This document shows positions 41,641 through 56,600 of a stretch of 64,000 nucleotides of DNA, piece after piece. A model generated the notes under the pieces. It had not been told where the DNA came from. It worked only from the letters and a program-made list of their open reading frames with translations, and made no database searches. Both the position numbers and the translations under genes were made by a program. Each line of letters opens with the position of its first letter. Position 1 is the first letter of the stretch. Source of the stretch: the human T2T-CHM13v2.0 reference genome, Homo sapiens; the NCBI GenBank assembly GCA_009914755.4, contig CP068257.2, forward strand, positions 16,672,001 to 16,736,000. The letters are read 5' to 3'.

Positions 41641-44600
41641 ACCACTTAGTTAACTAAAAGCATTAGTCTTACATTTGTTTTAATTAAAATATCTCTTCTC
41701 TCAAACATTAGAAAGCCTCAAATTATTATACATATTTATGGTTTGATAAAAAAGGTATTTTTAATTTTTAATTGTTAGCTCTATGCACTATATATACATA
41801 GAAAAGATGCATTCATTTACTGGCAAAGTTCATCTAAGAAACATTAGTTAAGCAGTTTTGAAAATTAAAGTCAACTTAGCTTTATCAGGTATTTACTGTG
41901 TCCCACTCACAGGGGCTTAATCTGGGTAAAATAACAGAAACAAAAGAGTATTCTTTGGCTCTTTACGCTTGTAACTATACGACCTCAAAATAATACCAGG
42001 TGACTTAAGATTGTTTCTACAGCATTTTATATTGATGTAACATTTGTCTGTCTTGAGTATAAACTGCTTAGAGGATTTTTTTTTTCATTTTTGATTGTCA
42101 AGAGTTAGTATAATACTAGGATTATAAAAAGCTTCCATATGATGCTTTACAAAATCATTGTTACATAAAATTTGCTTTTATGAAAATGTACAGCACATAC
42201 ATTTTCAAAGGGGGTGGTCTTGCCTTTAGCGGAGTGAAAATTGGTTTTGAGGGAGAAAAACAGTTTTAATTTTTAAATGTGTAAAGCTCAGATATACCCA
42301 CAGTCCACGAACAGATACACAGAATATAGTGCATATGAAATATTAGACTTTCACGAGGAGCTGTTAGAAAAAAACAAGGCCTGAAATGGTCTCTTAGTGG
42401 AGGTGATAATGAAAAAAAGTGTTAACAAACAATGCATTAGCATTTTAGTTTGACAATCTGAGCATGGCATTAGATTCAGGCCTATAAAAAATACCATACT
42501 TGCAGATAGGAGACAATGAACCACTGTGAAATAACAGTGAGTTATTTAACATTGAGTTCTGAAAAGAGATACTTTTATGAACTATTAGATATCTTGTGAT
42601 TATGTAGTAATTAGGAAACAATGTGATACATACAATGGAATTTCAACATAATCTAATAGAAAGGACATCATGAACAAGCATTGATTCACATCTTAATGTT
42701 TTTCCCCAAAATGTGTGTCATGCATTCAATGTTTTTTATGAAGAACTATTATTTAGACTGTTGCTACGGCAGCATGCATACCTGTGTAATTTTAATACTT
42801 CTCATACTGAAAACCTTTGGAGTTCATAAGTGTTAGTCACTTAAGGGATGTGAACATTCTAGAAACTTTAAACCTATCTGCCTCTTTTTTCCTTTTTATT
42901 CCATGGCAATGGAATTCTCTTGGACAATGGCCTCTGGCTGGCTTTGAATGTGGTTGGTGGTTCAACCACACCCTTAGTGTGTTGGATTTCATAGTGTGTT
43001 GGATTCTCACGATATCTAATAGAACTGTGCTAGTCTAAAAAGTCCAGGAGCTTACCTTGAATTCCATTAACCTGCTTCAGAGATACATGAAAATCTCCTA
43101 AAATGGTGTAGAATATGTGTCTGTAGAGATTTTACAAAACTTTCATAAGATAGTCTTAAAGTCTCCTTGCCTAATAAGAGTCCCAGGACTACAGATCTAG
43201 TGAAAGCCATGTATTTCACAAATCCAGGGAGTAGTGGAGGGTAGTGGTTAAGAGCAGGGGCTCCAGCATCAGTATTTGATTGAGTCTTGGTTCCATGTCT
43301 TACTAGACTACTCTGTGCCTTTCTTCTGTAGTGTTACAACTTTTTCCCATAAAGATTTGTGATAAGGAGTAAAAGTAATTCTCATGTAAGACAGTGACTG
43401 GTATATACTAAATGCTTAGTGAATTCTATCTTTTGCTTCTCTATCTCACCAACTAGGTTGTAAACCTTGAAAAGGATGAGATCATGACTTAATGCTTTCT
43501 GTGCCTCTGTCATTGTACCAAAGCATAGGAGATTTTTAATCAATATTTGAGGGCATATATCATGATGTGAGTAAACAGAGTAATAGAATTTGCCTACATA
43601 AACGAGACAGGGTTTGTGTTGAAAGAAAAAGAAAACAATTACCTAATATCTTTTAAAGGATGACTTTTTTCCTATATCACAACTGATAAATTTTTAGACA
43701 TTCCTTAAGAAAATCCAATGTCTTCTACTAAAAATCCAAAACTTTTATGGATGTTAATTTGCATAGACTGATCAAGCAGTCACTCTTAAATGTGAATTAA
43801 CTCATCATTTGTCTACTAACAGCAAAGGCTCTGGTGAATAGGTTTTGTGAAAGAAGAAAGAAGTATGATACAGATGTGGGGAATTTGGAAAGACGGCAAT
43901 GGACGGGGAAGACCAACTTTCTACAGAATAGGATTCAACAGATCTAGTTCAAACTACTTATATTATCCAATTTATAAGAGTGAAAATGCGGCAACTAGAG
44001 TACCATCTTTATTATAAAATAATTTCTAATATATTCAACACGTCTTAGTGAGTGCCCACTATGAATTTAGTCTGGGGCCAAGTGCTGATGACATAGAAAA
44101 GAAGTAACCAGTTTCCTCTATTAGAAGAATTTATATTGGTGAGTTATTAAAAATAACCATAAAATTATTATATAAGGGAAAAATGCTATGGGGGTACCAA
44201 AGAAGGAATCTTTAATTTTGCCAGGCACTATGATTGGCGAATCTTTGAGAATTTCTGGAAGGGATGACTTAAGCAAACTTAGTGCTTGCTAAAATAAACT
44301 TTTCCACATAACATACCCCTATCAACAGAAGTGAATTAATGGGTACTTCTGAGTATACATAAAAGTGTCCTAATAAAAGCACAAAATGTGTTGAAAATGC
44401 TTTACTTTGAATAATATTTGCCTATATTGTTTAATTCCATAATGCAGTGTGATTATTTTTGTTGTAGGATAAGTTGACAATTCAGGAATATACACTATGT
44501 TTATTGCATAGCTTTGGCTATAGCTATGCACACTTCTGTGTGCCTCAGGATAAGCATGGCCTTACACAATGTTAAGCTACAGTATTAGAAATATATTGTC

Positions 44601-47411
44601 AGCAGTCCTGTGGGAATGGAATACCAGCTAAGCACTTGAGATATAAAGAATGGCATAACAACTATGCACTCAGAGACACAATTCCTGGGCTAAGCATTTT
44701 GAAACCGTTTTCAGTGTGCTAACCTAGGCATTTTTGTTGTCTTTCTTTGAAGATGCATAAAAACATTTATAGATTTTTGTGACCACTAAATTAAGTAAGC
44801 TCACTCACCGTCTTCTACCCCTTTCATATGAAGTATTAATAATTATTACAACCATTGAATTCAATATTATACCTTCATCATTGCAACTTAAAGAAAACAC
44901 TTTTGAAATAACTTTCCCAGCACTCTATTTTGATTTACTTCAATTTTCATAATTATTTGAAGACTGCACTATCACTTTACACAATGTCTGTATTTCTCTG
45001 ATGCTTTTTAGCAGTTAGAGAACTTTTGCATCACAATTGTAGATTAAAATGATGGAAAAAAATGCCTTTAGGATTTGTTTATGCTGATTTCCCCCTAATC
45101 AGGTATATAACAACTATTTTATGATGATAATTCCTTACATTGTCTCTATATAATCCCACTTACCCTAAGTAAAAAATTTATATATTTCCAATATTGTACA
45201 AATAATAACTATTTGAGATTGTATATTTTGAATTGGAATTTAATGAAAGCAAACCTTGTAAGCATCTTTCACATAAAGAAATTGCTAAAACATTTAGGGA
45301 AAGATGAGCTTGTGACTTGAGAATGAAAGTATCTGCATTATTACCATACAAATTAACTTTACACTTATGGGAAATACTGCTTGTTTCCATTGATTATACA
45401 CTATAATACCATATGATAGAAATATATCCCAGTTGGTGTAAATTCAAATAAACAAACCTTGAGTTTCTACAATACACCAGACTTTGTGCTAGATGCCAGT
45501 TGTAAGATAATATTAGTTTTCTTAGAAAAAATTAGAATTTTTAATTGTAAAATTTAACACCCAATACACTTTCTCACATTTTTAGATTATAATTAAAATA
45601 TTTAATTTTCAAAACTTTAAAATAAATGATTATTCTGAATATCTTAAAATTAAGCAACTACCTATTATAATATAACTACATATTCATTGATGTTTTCTGC
45701 TTGGATATTCAGTTTCTTATTATATTTTTATGGCAATTAATTGCATATTAGTCACATCTCTATGGCTAAACATTTTAAAATTTATTCACAAATTGCTGAT
45801 ACCCTAACCATGTGAAAATAATATTTAGACAGACCATGGTATTTGAAGAGTTAAGAAACATGAGAATATCTTATGCCTACCACTTATTCAGCCCTCAACC
45901 TCTACCAATTTAGATTTTATCTTCTGTATAATAGGGATGATAATATCACCTACATAATTGGTTTGGAAGAGCATTTAGTCAGTCAACTCAAAGTGCTGAC
46001 AACACTCCTTTACACAGTGTAGGTGAAAATATATGGTAAAGTTTATTAATGTCACATTAGTCTTTGGAAATATTTATATGAAGTAACCTATTTGTCCACC
46101 TATGTAAATATTTATGTTGATCATAATTTTAAAAAACTGCATCTATCAGCTATAGAAATAGATTATGAAATGGTTGGCCCATTTTTTTTTAAGAGCAAAT
46201 GTGACTTACCATGAGTTCACATGTTTTATATATACTCATTATGATATTTTTACTTGGGCTTTTAAGGCACAAAGAATAATGGTATTATGTTTCAAGTCAG
46301 AGAGTTTGGGCTTTGATTTCTGCCTCCAACACTGTGAACTTATGGTAATTTAATATATTATACCTCATTTTACTGTTCTGTAAAACATATTTTGCAGGTT
46401 TGTTGAAAATATTAAAGAAGAAAATGCACATTGATTATTCAGTAGAGTATCACACAACAATACCTAATAAAAATGAGATATTATTAGCATATGCTTAAAT
46501 ATTTCTCAAATCATTAAATCTGTAAAAAATTATTCAATAGGATTCACTTTTCATTACGTATAAATACAATTTGAGAGGCAAGGTTCTTAAAATAAAGTTA
46601 TTATATAAAATTTAATCACAGGTGTCACCAACCTTATCTTAGCTCTAGAACAGTTAACTATTTCTCCAACATGCGAGGAAAACTAGTTATTCCCTTGGCT
46701 TCGTTTCCACATTCTCTACCTCATCCTCACTTTATTTCCCCGTGGAATTTTGCCCCTAATTTCACTGGTTACTGTGAATAGATCTGTGCATTTTGGGGCC
46801 CGGTGGAATAAAGGGGCATGAATAGAAACATATTACTAGGGCATTCCCTGCCCTCTTTTCAGCTTCCAGCCCCGTCCATGTGTAACGATAAATGGTTATA
46901 TAGTAACAATACCATCCATCCACATCTATCATTTACTTAGCCTACCTCCTTGGCTAGACAGTGTTTTAGCCACTTTATTAGTAATAGCCTGCAGGAGACC
47001 GAGGAGCAGGATGAACATAAAAAATGACAGAACCTCTGTGAGTTTATAACCTACGCAATGCAGAGAAAACAGAATAGTAATTTTCAGGGATTGTGTGAAT
47101 TTGGTTAATAGGGACTAACATTTAAACAATGTATGGTAACCAAATATATAATTATAATCCTTTGACAAATTTCACATAATTTTTAAGATATTAATTAGGA
47201 GAGGACAATGTTAAAACGTAACTGCTTTATTATGAAGACCACATAGAGCACTAATTTTCTAATTTTTATAATGAGAAGCAATTGTTTTTTTTTTAGTTTT
47301 ATAAGTTTCAAGTCCATATTCACTTCAAAATCAAAGGGAAAACATACCACTCCAAAAATTTACCCACATATTTTCATTTTCATAAGTAATTGTATATTTG
47401 TTTCAACTTAC

Positions 47412-47518
47412 CTCTTAAAATCTTGCTTGATCCTACACCTTCATAAATATCTAATATATCTGTATAATATGTATTAAAATCATCGAAGCTCAGTTTAATG
47501 GAAAGTCCTTGGTTTACA
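47412..47518 (-). CDS. TMPRSS15: TMPRSS15 exon: CUB domain 1, middle (R)VNQGLSIKLSFDDFNTYYTDILDIYEGVGSSKILR
   Basis: Acceptor ttgcttttaatttag|TGTAAACC and donor TTTTAAGAG|gtaagt. Phase 2 in (CG+T=Arg), phase 1 out. Confidence 0.88.
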
Positions 47519-47989
47519 CTAAATTAAAAGCAAAAAATAGATTACCAAATTTTTAACAGTTGTCATATTTCTTAATGCATTCTAGAATTTGTATGTGTTT
47601 TCTTGTGGTGAACACCACATAATATGATATCTACTCTCTTAAATTTTTAAGTGTACAGTGCAGTATTGCCGGTTATGAACACAATGATGTACAGCAGATC
47701 TCTAGAACTCTTTCAGGACTGAAACTCTGTATCACTGAATGACAACTTCCCATTGCTTAGTCCTCCCAGCCCCTGGCAATCACCATTCTCCTTTCATTTC
47801 CATGAGTTTAACTACTTTCTATGCTTCATGTAAATGAATTCATGCAGTATTTATCTCTCTGTGACTGGCTTATTTCACTTAGCATAATGTTCTCAAGGTT
47901 CTTCTATGTTGTATGATATACAAGATTTCCTTCTTTATGACTGAGTAATATTCATATATATATCACATTTCCTTTGTTCAATCATCGGA

Positions 47990-48600
47990 TTATGGACACT
48001 CACGTTCTTTTTACCTTTTGTTTATTGTAACTAATGCTGAAATGAACATGGGAGTGCAGATATTTCATTCAGATAAATATTCAGAATTGGGAATGCTGGA
48101 TCAGGTGGGAATTCTATTTTTAATTTTTTGAGGAACCTGCACACTGTTCTCCATAGCAGCTGCACCATTTCAGGTCTTCTCGATATCATTTGTGGAAAAA
48201 GACTATCCTTTCCCCTTTGTGTTGTCTTAGCACCCTCGTGGAAGATCATTTGATCATATATGTGAGGCTTTATAGTGGGCTTTCTATTCTGTCTATGTGT
48301 TTGTCTTTTTGCCAGTACGTTACAGTTTTGATTACTATAGCTCTGTAATATATTTTGAAATCAGGAAGTGTGAGACCCCAGGTTTGTTATTTTTTCAGTT
48401 TGTTCTGGCTATTCAGGTTTTGTTGTGATTCCATATACATTTTTGGATTTTTTTTCTATTTCTGTAAAAAACCTCCATTGGTATTTTACAGGGCTTGCAT
48501 TTGATCTGTACATCACTTTCGGTAGTATGAACATTTTAATTATGTTAAATTGTCCAATTCATGTATATTGTTCATACCATCAAGATGACAGCTATCATAT
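47990..48600 (+). mobile_element. Old L1 (L1M-like) ORF2 internal fragment, antisense to the gene
   Basis: …ctgtaatatattttgaaatcaggaagtgtgagaccccaggtttgttattttttcagtttgttctggctattcagg…gggcttgcatttgatctgtacatcactttcggtagtatgaacattttaattatgttaa… parallels L1 ORF2 sense segments (…tagtatattttgaaatcaggtagtgtgatgcctccagctttgttc…gattgcattgaatctgtagattgctttgggtagtatggacattttaacaatattaat). Confidence 0.6.
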
Positions 48601-51600
48601 TCTATAATTGTTATTTACATACTTAAATGTCTTTCCTAACAGAATTTATATGACTCAAGGACAGGGATTAATTCATTCATTCCTGTATTATCTAATACTT
48701 TGTAGAAACTAGTGCATGCTATTGATATAAAAAAATAATGTATCTAGCTGCTGGTATAAGAGCATAGAAGGAAAAGTGTGACAGGTTCATCAGAAAATTT
48801 AAATTAGATATTTAAACTATTTTCATTTTCAGATAATAGTTTCAGAGAGGGGAGACTTAGTGGAACCTCTATTTACAACTCCACTGTCTCATTAAAGTGT
48901 TATAATCAGAAATGTAAATAACTCCTCCAAGTGCTTTGTAAGTACCAAGTTTCTCTGAACTCCTTGGAAGGGAGATGGCTAAAAGAAATAAAAGTGTGTA
49001 CGGGAGAAAACATCTAAGGCTCCTTGGGCATGAGTTTGGCTAGATCATCTGCAAATGGACCCAGGAAAGGATTAAAAAGGCTAGTAATACTTAAGAGATT
49101 TAGTTTCCAAGGCCAAGCAGGAGCCCTGAGAAGTGGTCTGGCCTCTGACTCTGGCCATGGAGGATACTGAGTGAACAAGGCCTACAGGCAGGGACATGGC
49201 AAGATTGGCTTTTAGGTTCACCACCAGCAGTAATGTGGCCAATAAGGCAATCAAGGACATTCTTCACAGAGTTAGTTAATTTTTGAAAGTCTAAAAGTCA
49301 TTGTTGAGAACTGTTCATTTGTGGCAAGACCTCAGGTTGATCAAACACCATACTATAATTATGGCCAGTGGGGTGGAGTTCAGGGCTGAAGTTTAGTCTT
49401 CAAGTAGTGGGGTTGGTGTTAGTGCAATGGCAGCTACTAGCAGGGCAGCATTAAAAGACAACTAAGCAGAAACTCAGATTTTTGGACCTACTGGTGTTTG
49501 CTGTAAGGGAGATAAAGTTAGAGTGGTGGTAGGTTATTAAAAAAAAAACAAACCCAAAGCATAAACCTATAGACTTCAGCCCTGAGTATCAGATTCAGCA
49601 GTTCCAGAGTGTATTTTGGAATGTATATTTTGAGAAGCTCCAAGGGCGATTATGATGAGCTCTTAGGTTTGAGGGCCCTTGAAGTATGATAGGTAAATGC
49701 AGGAGATGCTACACTCATGGCTACTCTAAGACATGTCTGGTAACCACCGGCAGAGGTAAGGGGATCAAGGTGAGAGAGCAGAAGATCATCCCAGAGTAGA
49801 CAGAGAAGGAAAGTAAAGCTAAGTTTGAAGCTGTTTAAATTCTGCCTCTGTTATGTCAGTTCAAGGACTGGGGGAGTGAGCCTGCTGGTGAGACCTTTAG
49901 AGAATCTGGAGTCAAGCTGGAATAGACAGAGATGGAAGAAAGAGGCAGACTTGAGAGATGATTTCTTAACTAAAGTTCTGGTGTGCCTGGGCAAGAATAT
50001 GGTGAGTGTTTTTTCATCTGATGTTTTCAAGCTGTCAATCTAAGGAACGCAAGCATGAGGAGCCCCCTAGGACGCTTTGCTTTCAGAGGACCTCTGCTTT
50101 TCCAAAATAGATATTTGGAGGTAGAAGAGACAAAAAAGTGCAGACGATTTTCCACCTCCTTCTGATTCAGAAAATTCAACTCACTTCCAATAAAACCACA
50201 GGGATTTATAAAAGTAAGATTAATTGGAGAACATAATCAGATTTTGTTATAATATTAGATATTTCAGTTACCTTCTGATTTTTTGAAGGGATTAAATTAA
50301 ATTTCTTTAAATTTAATTTATACACTTTGTATTATTGTGTCAGTAGTTAATATTTTTATAGACCACTTTTATTGAGCATTTAATATGTGGCTAAGCACTT
50401 TACATTCATTATCATATTTAATAATGACTTCTTTGAACATAGTATTTAGAGATGTGGAATTCTACAGACACAGAAATTTGGAGTCAAAGAGGTTTACTCA
50501 TTTGCCTGAGATCACACATCTTGATCTGATGATGTGTGAAGATCTTGATCTGAAGATCTTAATCTGAAGAAGTTAGATTTGAACCCACACAAACTGTCTC
50601 CAATAACTATATTCTTAACTATTGGCTGTATGCTAACTGTGGTCTTAATGTAATTCAAAGGATGAGCTGGTCCTGCTCAAAATATAGTTTAATTGCATCT
50701 TAAACATTTCTCCTATATTTAATTGATCTTAAACCTTATAGAAAAATTATTGTCTTTAGTCTCATCTGATCACTATTGGGAAAGAAAACAACTATTTGAT
50801 ACAATGCATCACTAATATAATAATCAACTTTGAGAAAAAATAGATTATTTGTGTGATTAATTAAATCATCATTTTAGCATAAAGTACACTGTTTTGGGGT
50901 AACATCTTAGGTTCTTCAGGTTTTTAAAATAATCCATTTATCAATCATAGATTTCTTAAAATAGTTTCAAAAATTAAGTAATGGAAAGAAACTAAAAACA
51001 ATAGGGCCATAACATTTTTAATTAATATAGGATAATTTTTGCGTAAAGGACATTATCATTACAGCAGAAGTTTATTGTGTGTTCTGCTCATAAACCCTCT
51101 AAATGTGACCTGTCTTTATTAAGAAGTGAACTTAGCAATTAAATTATTTTTATTTGGTATTAATAAAATTTCAAAGATTGCATAAAAAATAGTTGTGTAC
51201 CCAATTATGCAGATTAGTTACAGTCTTTCCATTTTCAGTGAAAGATATTTAAGATTTTCTACAGCTTTCTATTGACATTTTAAATAAGTGCTAGAGTTAA
51301 TATTTTATTTTCCTAATGACCAATGCTAATAGACATTTATAAATGCTTCTTTTAAGTTTGAAGTGATTATGTGTGTGTGTGTGTTTCTGCATCAGAAAAA
51401 TGCTTTATATAGATATATAAACACATACAAATGTAGGTTGAAAACAATATTCTCCAACTTGGTTAATTTTTCAATTGGCAAGAATTACTTAGAACTGCCA
51501 TTTTTAATTCATAGTCTTATTTTTGACACACCAATAGCATGTTATCTAGAGCAGGAAACAAAGGAAATTGTGTTTTTAGTTGTATTACATATCTCTCAAG

Positions 51601-52794
51601 GGGCTGCACTCCAAATCGAAATAAAAAATAAAGGGATACTCTTCTTTCCTTGAACAATGCCAAGTAAGTGTGTATAGAACAATCTTTTTCTCACATCTCC
51701 TCTCTGGGATATGTCTACCTGGGTGATTAGTTATTGGGCCATTTCATACTGTTTGGCAAGAACCTGAGGCTCTGACTTTTAACTTTCTTTAATCAGCTAT
51801 TATATGTCAATATAATGTATCATAAATATAATCATCAATATCAATCATCATCAATATAATATAATCACAATGATTAAAATTATACTATAGGTCAGACTGG
51901 TAAACCATAATCCCATCTAGCTATTAATAGAAATGAACTAATTAGAATATAATTTTTCATAGTGAATTCTATGGAGCACTTATTCTGCATGCTCTGTTGG
52001 GGAAATATTCAGTATTTTAACAAGAAAGTTTTCATTGGAGACTTACATCGCATGTTAACATATTTAAGGCTATAAGAAGTCCTACTTTTAAGAGTTTTAA
52101 TAAGTTTATTTCAGGATCTCTTATATTTATGTGAGTACAAATTCTTTTTATCCTTGGAATATCCGGAAGGAACTTAAGGTGTTCCTTGTCTATGAAAATG
52201 CTTAGGTAAACTTTAAGGTAGATCAGCTATCAGCAGCCTAATTATTTTGATTATCTTCATGATTGGGTTGGTTAATTGAATTAAGAATGTGGAGGTGAAA
52301 TACATATTGACTGATCCAAATGTCTTTCAAGATATAGTAAGAAAGACATGTATAGAGGCTGTTCCCTGCTCTTAATCTGCTGTAACTGAATCACACCTTT
52401 AGAGATTTCCACATGGTAAGCAGCAAAATGAGAAAGAAAATATTTTATAGACAAATGCAGAAGATGCGAAATTCTACTTCTCACGATACACAGACATACA
52501 TGTATGTTGTTTGCCTGGCCGCACATGAATAATGTCCACCACAGAAAAATAAACTTGCTTCAGAACCCAATGAGATGACCCCACTTATTAGACAGTATTG
52601 TTCATAGCACAGAATAGCTTTTTAAAAGGTTAAAAATGATAGTATAGTTTTTTGTACAGTTTTTCAGTTGGGAGGTTTTTGCTTCATAGTTAATGAAAAC
52701 AATGATTCTTTAAAAAACTACTGAAAGCAATAAGACGTTGCATCAGAAAAACGCTTTATGACTTAAGAACAGAAAATATAAGATCTTGTATTAC

Positions 52795-52903
52795 CGTATG
52801 ATCCACTGGCAGACAACACTTGTTTCAGAAGGTTTTGGATAATGAGTAGCCTGGAAAGACCCAGATGATCCAGTTAACAAAAATCTTCCATCACAAACTG
52901 TGG
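52795..52903 (-). CDS. TMPRSS15: TMPRSS15 exon: CUB domain 1, N-terminal (A)TVCDGRFLLTGSSGSFQATHYPKPSETSVVCQWII(R)
   Basis: Acceptor tcgttttgcag|CCACAGTTTG and donor ATCATACG|gtaata. CUB start motif C.G…G.F.S..YP. Phase 1 in, phase 2 out. Confidence 0.9.
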
Positions 52904-53104
52904 CTGCAAAACGATGCCAATTAATGTTAGACAAAAACAATCTTGGGATTCAAATTGGCTGCAAAACATTTCACAGAATATTCATGGCAAAACCTGTACA
53001 AGGTTATTTTATGAAACTGAAATGATAGTAAGATTTCATGTTTGAAACCTATTAGCCATGTTCAAATACTCATACACATCCTATCGTGAAATATTTTGGA
53101 AAAA

Positions 53105-53396
53105 TTCTTTCTTTCTCTCTCTCTCTTTCTCTCTTTCTTTCTCCTTCCTTTTCCCTTGCTTCCTTCCTTCCTTCCCTCCCTCCCTCCCTTCCTTCTTTCC
53201 TTCCTTTTCTCTCTTTCTTTCTCTCTCTTTCTCTCTCTCTTTTTCCTTCCTTCCTTCTTTCCTTCCTTTTCTCTTTCTTTCTCTCTCTTTCTCTCTCTCT
53301 TTTTCCTTCCTTCCTTCCTTCCTTCCTTCCTTCCTTCCTTCCTTCCTTCCTTCCTACCTTCTCTCTCTCTCTTTCTTTCTCTTCTTTCTCTTTTTT
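53105..53396. repeat. ~290-bp pure polypyrimidine tract (CT/CTTT/CCTT)n on the + strand, i.e. a (GA/GGAA)n polypurine tract on the gene strand, with an internal ~65-bp duplication
   Basis: ttctttctctctctctctttctctctttctttctccttcc…(ccttccttcc)n…ctctctctctctttctttctc runs straight into the Alu T-run. ORFs 53058..53520 (poly-S/L/F or K/E/R peptides) are artefacts. Confidence 0.95.
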
Positions 53397-53690
53397 CCTT
53401 TTTTTTTTTTTTTTTGAGACAGAGTTTCGCTCTTGTTGCGTGTGCTGGAATGCAACGGCGCGATCTCGGCTCACTGCCTCCTGTGTTCAAGTGATTCTCC
53501 TGCCTCAGCCTCCGGAGTAGCTGGGATTACAGGCGGCGGTCACCACGCCCGGATAATTTTTGTATTTTTAGTAGAGACGGGGTTTCACCATGTTGGCCAG
53601 GCTGGTCTCGATCTCCTGACCATAGGTGATCTGCACTCCTAGGACTCCCAAAATGCTGGGATTACAGGCGTGAGCCACTGCGCCATGCCC
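53397..53690 (-). mobile_element. Alu (AluS/Y-like), full length
   Basis: T-run, then gagacagagtttcgctcttgttgcgtgtgctggaatgcaacggcgcgatctcggctcactgc…ggactcccaaaatgctgggattacaggcgtgagccactgcgccatgccc. Confidence 0.9.
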
Positions 53691-56600
53691 AAAAGCATTG
53701 TCTTTCTAAACACCCTTCCCTAAGCTGCACTTTAAGTGTATTCTTCCATATTTGCAAGGAAATAAATATATCTGAATTGAAAACTGCCAGTTCAGACAAA
53801 TAACCAGTCATTTTTTGTCTTATTTTTATAATTAAATTGGAGCTAGGTGAATTTCAAATATATGTACAAAGTGCTATGTTTTCTTGAAAAAGATTAGAAT
53901 AAGGCCAGGAAAATGTTAGTACTAGTGGCCTATACAGAATTCCATCCAACAAATCTGTTAGTCCATCTTTTAAAGCTCATTACTCTTGCTCCTTTGGGAG
54001 ATAACTAGTTCAATGTTTTCTATATTTTCATTCAATACTCCTGATTAAGCCTTTTGCTTTCCATAATTACTCATTTTCCTCTTTTGGTTTTCATAGTAGA
54101 TTTATTTCATGAATCTCTCCTTAATGTCATGCATTATTAGTTGCCTTTAATTTATATCTGAATAGATTCCAACTAGATTAAAATCTTCTTGAAGGCATGA
54201 ACCAGGAGCCATAACTTAGAGATTTTTGTTTTTTTCATACACTTGCTATGTATAGTATATGCAAAAATCCACCTTGATTTTCACAACTTTTAGTCTTTCT
54301 TACATTATTTTCCTTCTAGTTAGTTACTTGGTTATGTTGACACAATATTCTAAAATTATGACCCTTACAATGTGTCTTTTTCTCTGCATAGATTAAAAAT
54401 TCTTCATACGGAGAAACATTAATGGAGGTTAGAAAAATCAAAGTAATATGTCAAAATTAATTTGCTGTGTTTGGAATCTGAGTGTTTAGAATAAGCTAAT
54501 TCTAAACTGAGCTATGAAAAAGCTCATCGTAAAATTATAAAGTGATTCTATCAAATTACATAATACAAGCTATTTTATGACAAAATATTTTATGTATATA
54601 AAATAAATACATTAAAAATTAGATAGCAAATAGAAATCTTGATTAAAATATCATGTGTTTATTGGGTTTTTGCTTTTTTTTGGTATATATATATTTTCAG
54701 GTGCATAAAAATTTACTTTGGTAACTTAAGTTTATTATTCAAAGTCTGCTTAAAAACAATGGCCTAGGAATTAATTCATTAGCTTATGATTTGGTAACCT
54801 GATTTCCAGAAGAAAAAAAGAACGAAAATAAGAAAAGAAAAGATAACAAGTCAAGAAGCAAGGATTAAATTCTGAACAATCCGGCACAGATCACAGGAAA
54901 GAAAGAAAAATAGTGGTTTGTTAACTGAATTGCCTTATGCATAATGATTACTGCAACAAACAAAGAAAATTAAGGCTAATTTGTCATGATTTGAAGATAG
55001 ATAGTAAAATATGTGACTTTTTAATGACTTGCTAAATAATTTTCCAGTTGTAAAAGCAAATCTCTTTTCTCACCTTCAACGCTCTTTTCCACTGTAAACC
55101 ATGCCAAACAAGCAGGGCAATTAATGCCTTACATTCAAAGACCATAAAAACAAAAATGGCATTTGCTTGCATTTTATGTGGTATATAAAGCTTTTAAATC
55201 ACAGTTTGTCGAGAAATAACATGGACTCAAAGATTGTAGACAGTGTAGTAAAGTCTACTGCTATTGTAAAGTTTATATTTGAGTTACAATACTTAGGAAG
55301 CAATGAGGTAGGGTGCTCAATCTTATCAGTGCTAAAATATAACTGCCAACATTTATAGAGTGTTTACTATGTGCCGGTCATTTTCTAAAGTTATTATATA
55401 TGTATGAATGTAATTTGCATAACAACTCTATGATGTTATGGGGGAAACTGAGGCACATATGGGTTAAATAACAACCATAAGGCCTCCTAGCTTACAAGCA
55501 ACAATTTAAAGCAAGGCAGCCTTATTCTAGAGCATACTGTGGTATATTGCCTAATATCACAATATATATATACATCTATCACTATCGCAATGACATCACC
55601 CACTCTTTGAACTGAAAAGCAGGGGGGAAAGCATAAATAAAAGAAGAAACAGAAAATTTTTTAAAGATTTCCATCTTTTTCAATGTTCTTAAAGTTAGAA
55701 TACAGATCACATTTGCAATAATATTCCAGAACAAATAGGAGGATGCAAAAGAGACACACACAGAGAGAGAAAGGGAACAAAACAAGATCCCTTTAAGCAT
55801 CTGTAAAAACCTGTTTGTAAAGCTGATAAAATTTTAGTCATTTTTCCCACCTGTTCACTACGCATTTTTTTGGGAAAGGTATCAACAGCTTTGCGCTGCA
55901 CAATGTGATTCATGATTTCCAGAAAGCCATGTTACGTCTCTAGTTTCAAAGATGGTTCTATGTTTGACAAACCCTCTTTCAGTTCTTTCCTGAGCACATG
56001 ACTAAACTACACTTCCCCAAATCCCTTGGAGTCAGATAAGGTCATGTGACTGAGTTGGCCGATGAACGATTGTAAAAGTCACTGTGTCTATTTCCAAATA
56101 TGGTTTCTGAACATATCTGTAACATTCTTCCTTTGTCAGTCAGCTGGTTGTGAAGGATCCAGTAGAGGACTCTGGGGGCAGAGAGAGTGGCAAGTAAGGA
56201 GCAGGCATCCTGAATGCCTAGAGCACAACCCTTTGCCATCTTTCTTGCACCGTGATATAGGTGATAAATAAACTGTTATTGTTAAGATTGTTTATCATAG
56301 TATTTAGCCTGTCCTAAAGAATATGATCAATTTTCCTGTCCAGTATTCTATCATGTTACTAAGTTTTAGTGGGAATGGATACTCCACAGGTCAAATTCTG
56401 CTCTAACGAGGCTCTAGTCAATTCCTGCATTCAAGCAAATATAGAGAATATTCCTAAATGTATTTAAAATAAAATTACAGGAGTATTGAAGTATTTCTAA
56501 TAGCAACGCTCAGAATGCCAAAATATTATCTTCTCAAGACAGAGGCTTGTGTAAGGCACTTTCTTATACATTTTTTTCATTTAATTTCAGGATGTTTCTG

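Noticed and set aside
53058-53520. Five overlapping 119-144-aa ORFs on both strands
   Set aside because: They are artefacts of the polypyrimidine/polypurine tract (poly-Ser/Leu/Phe on one strand, Lys/Glu/Arg on the other) plus the adjacent Alu.
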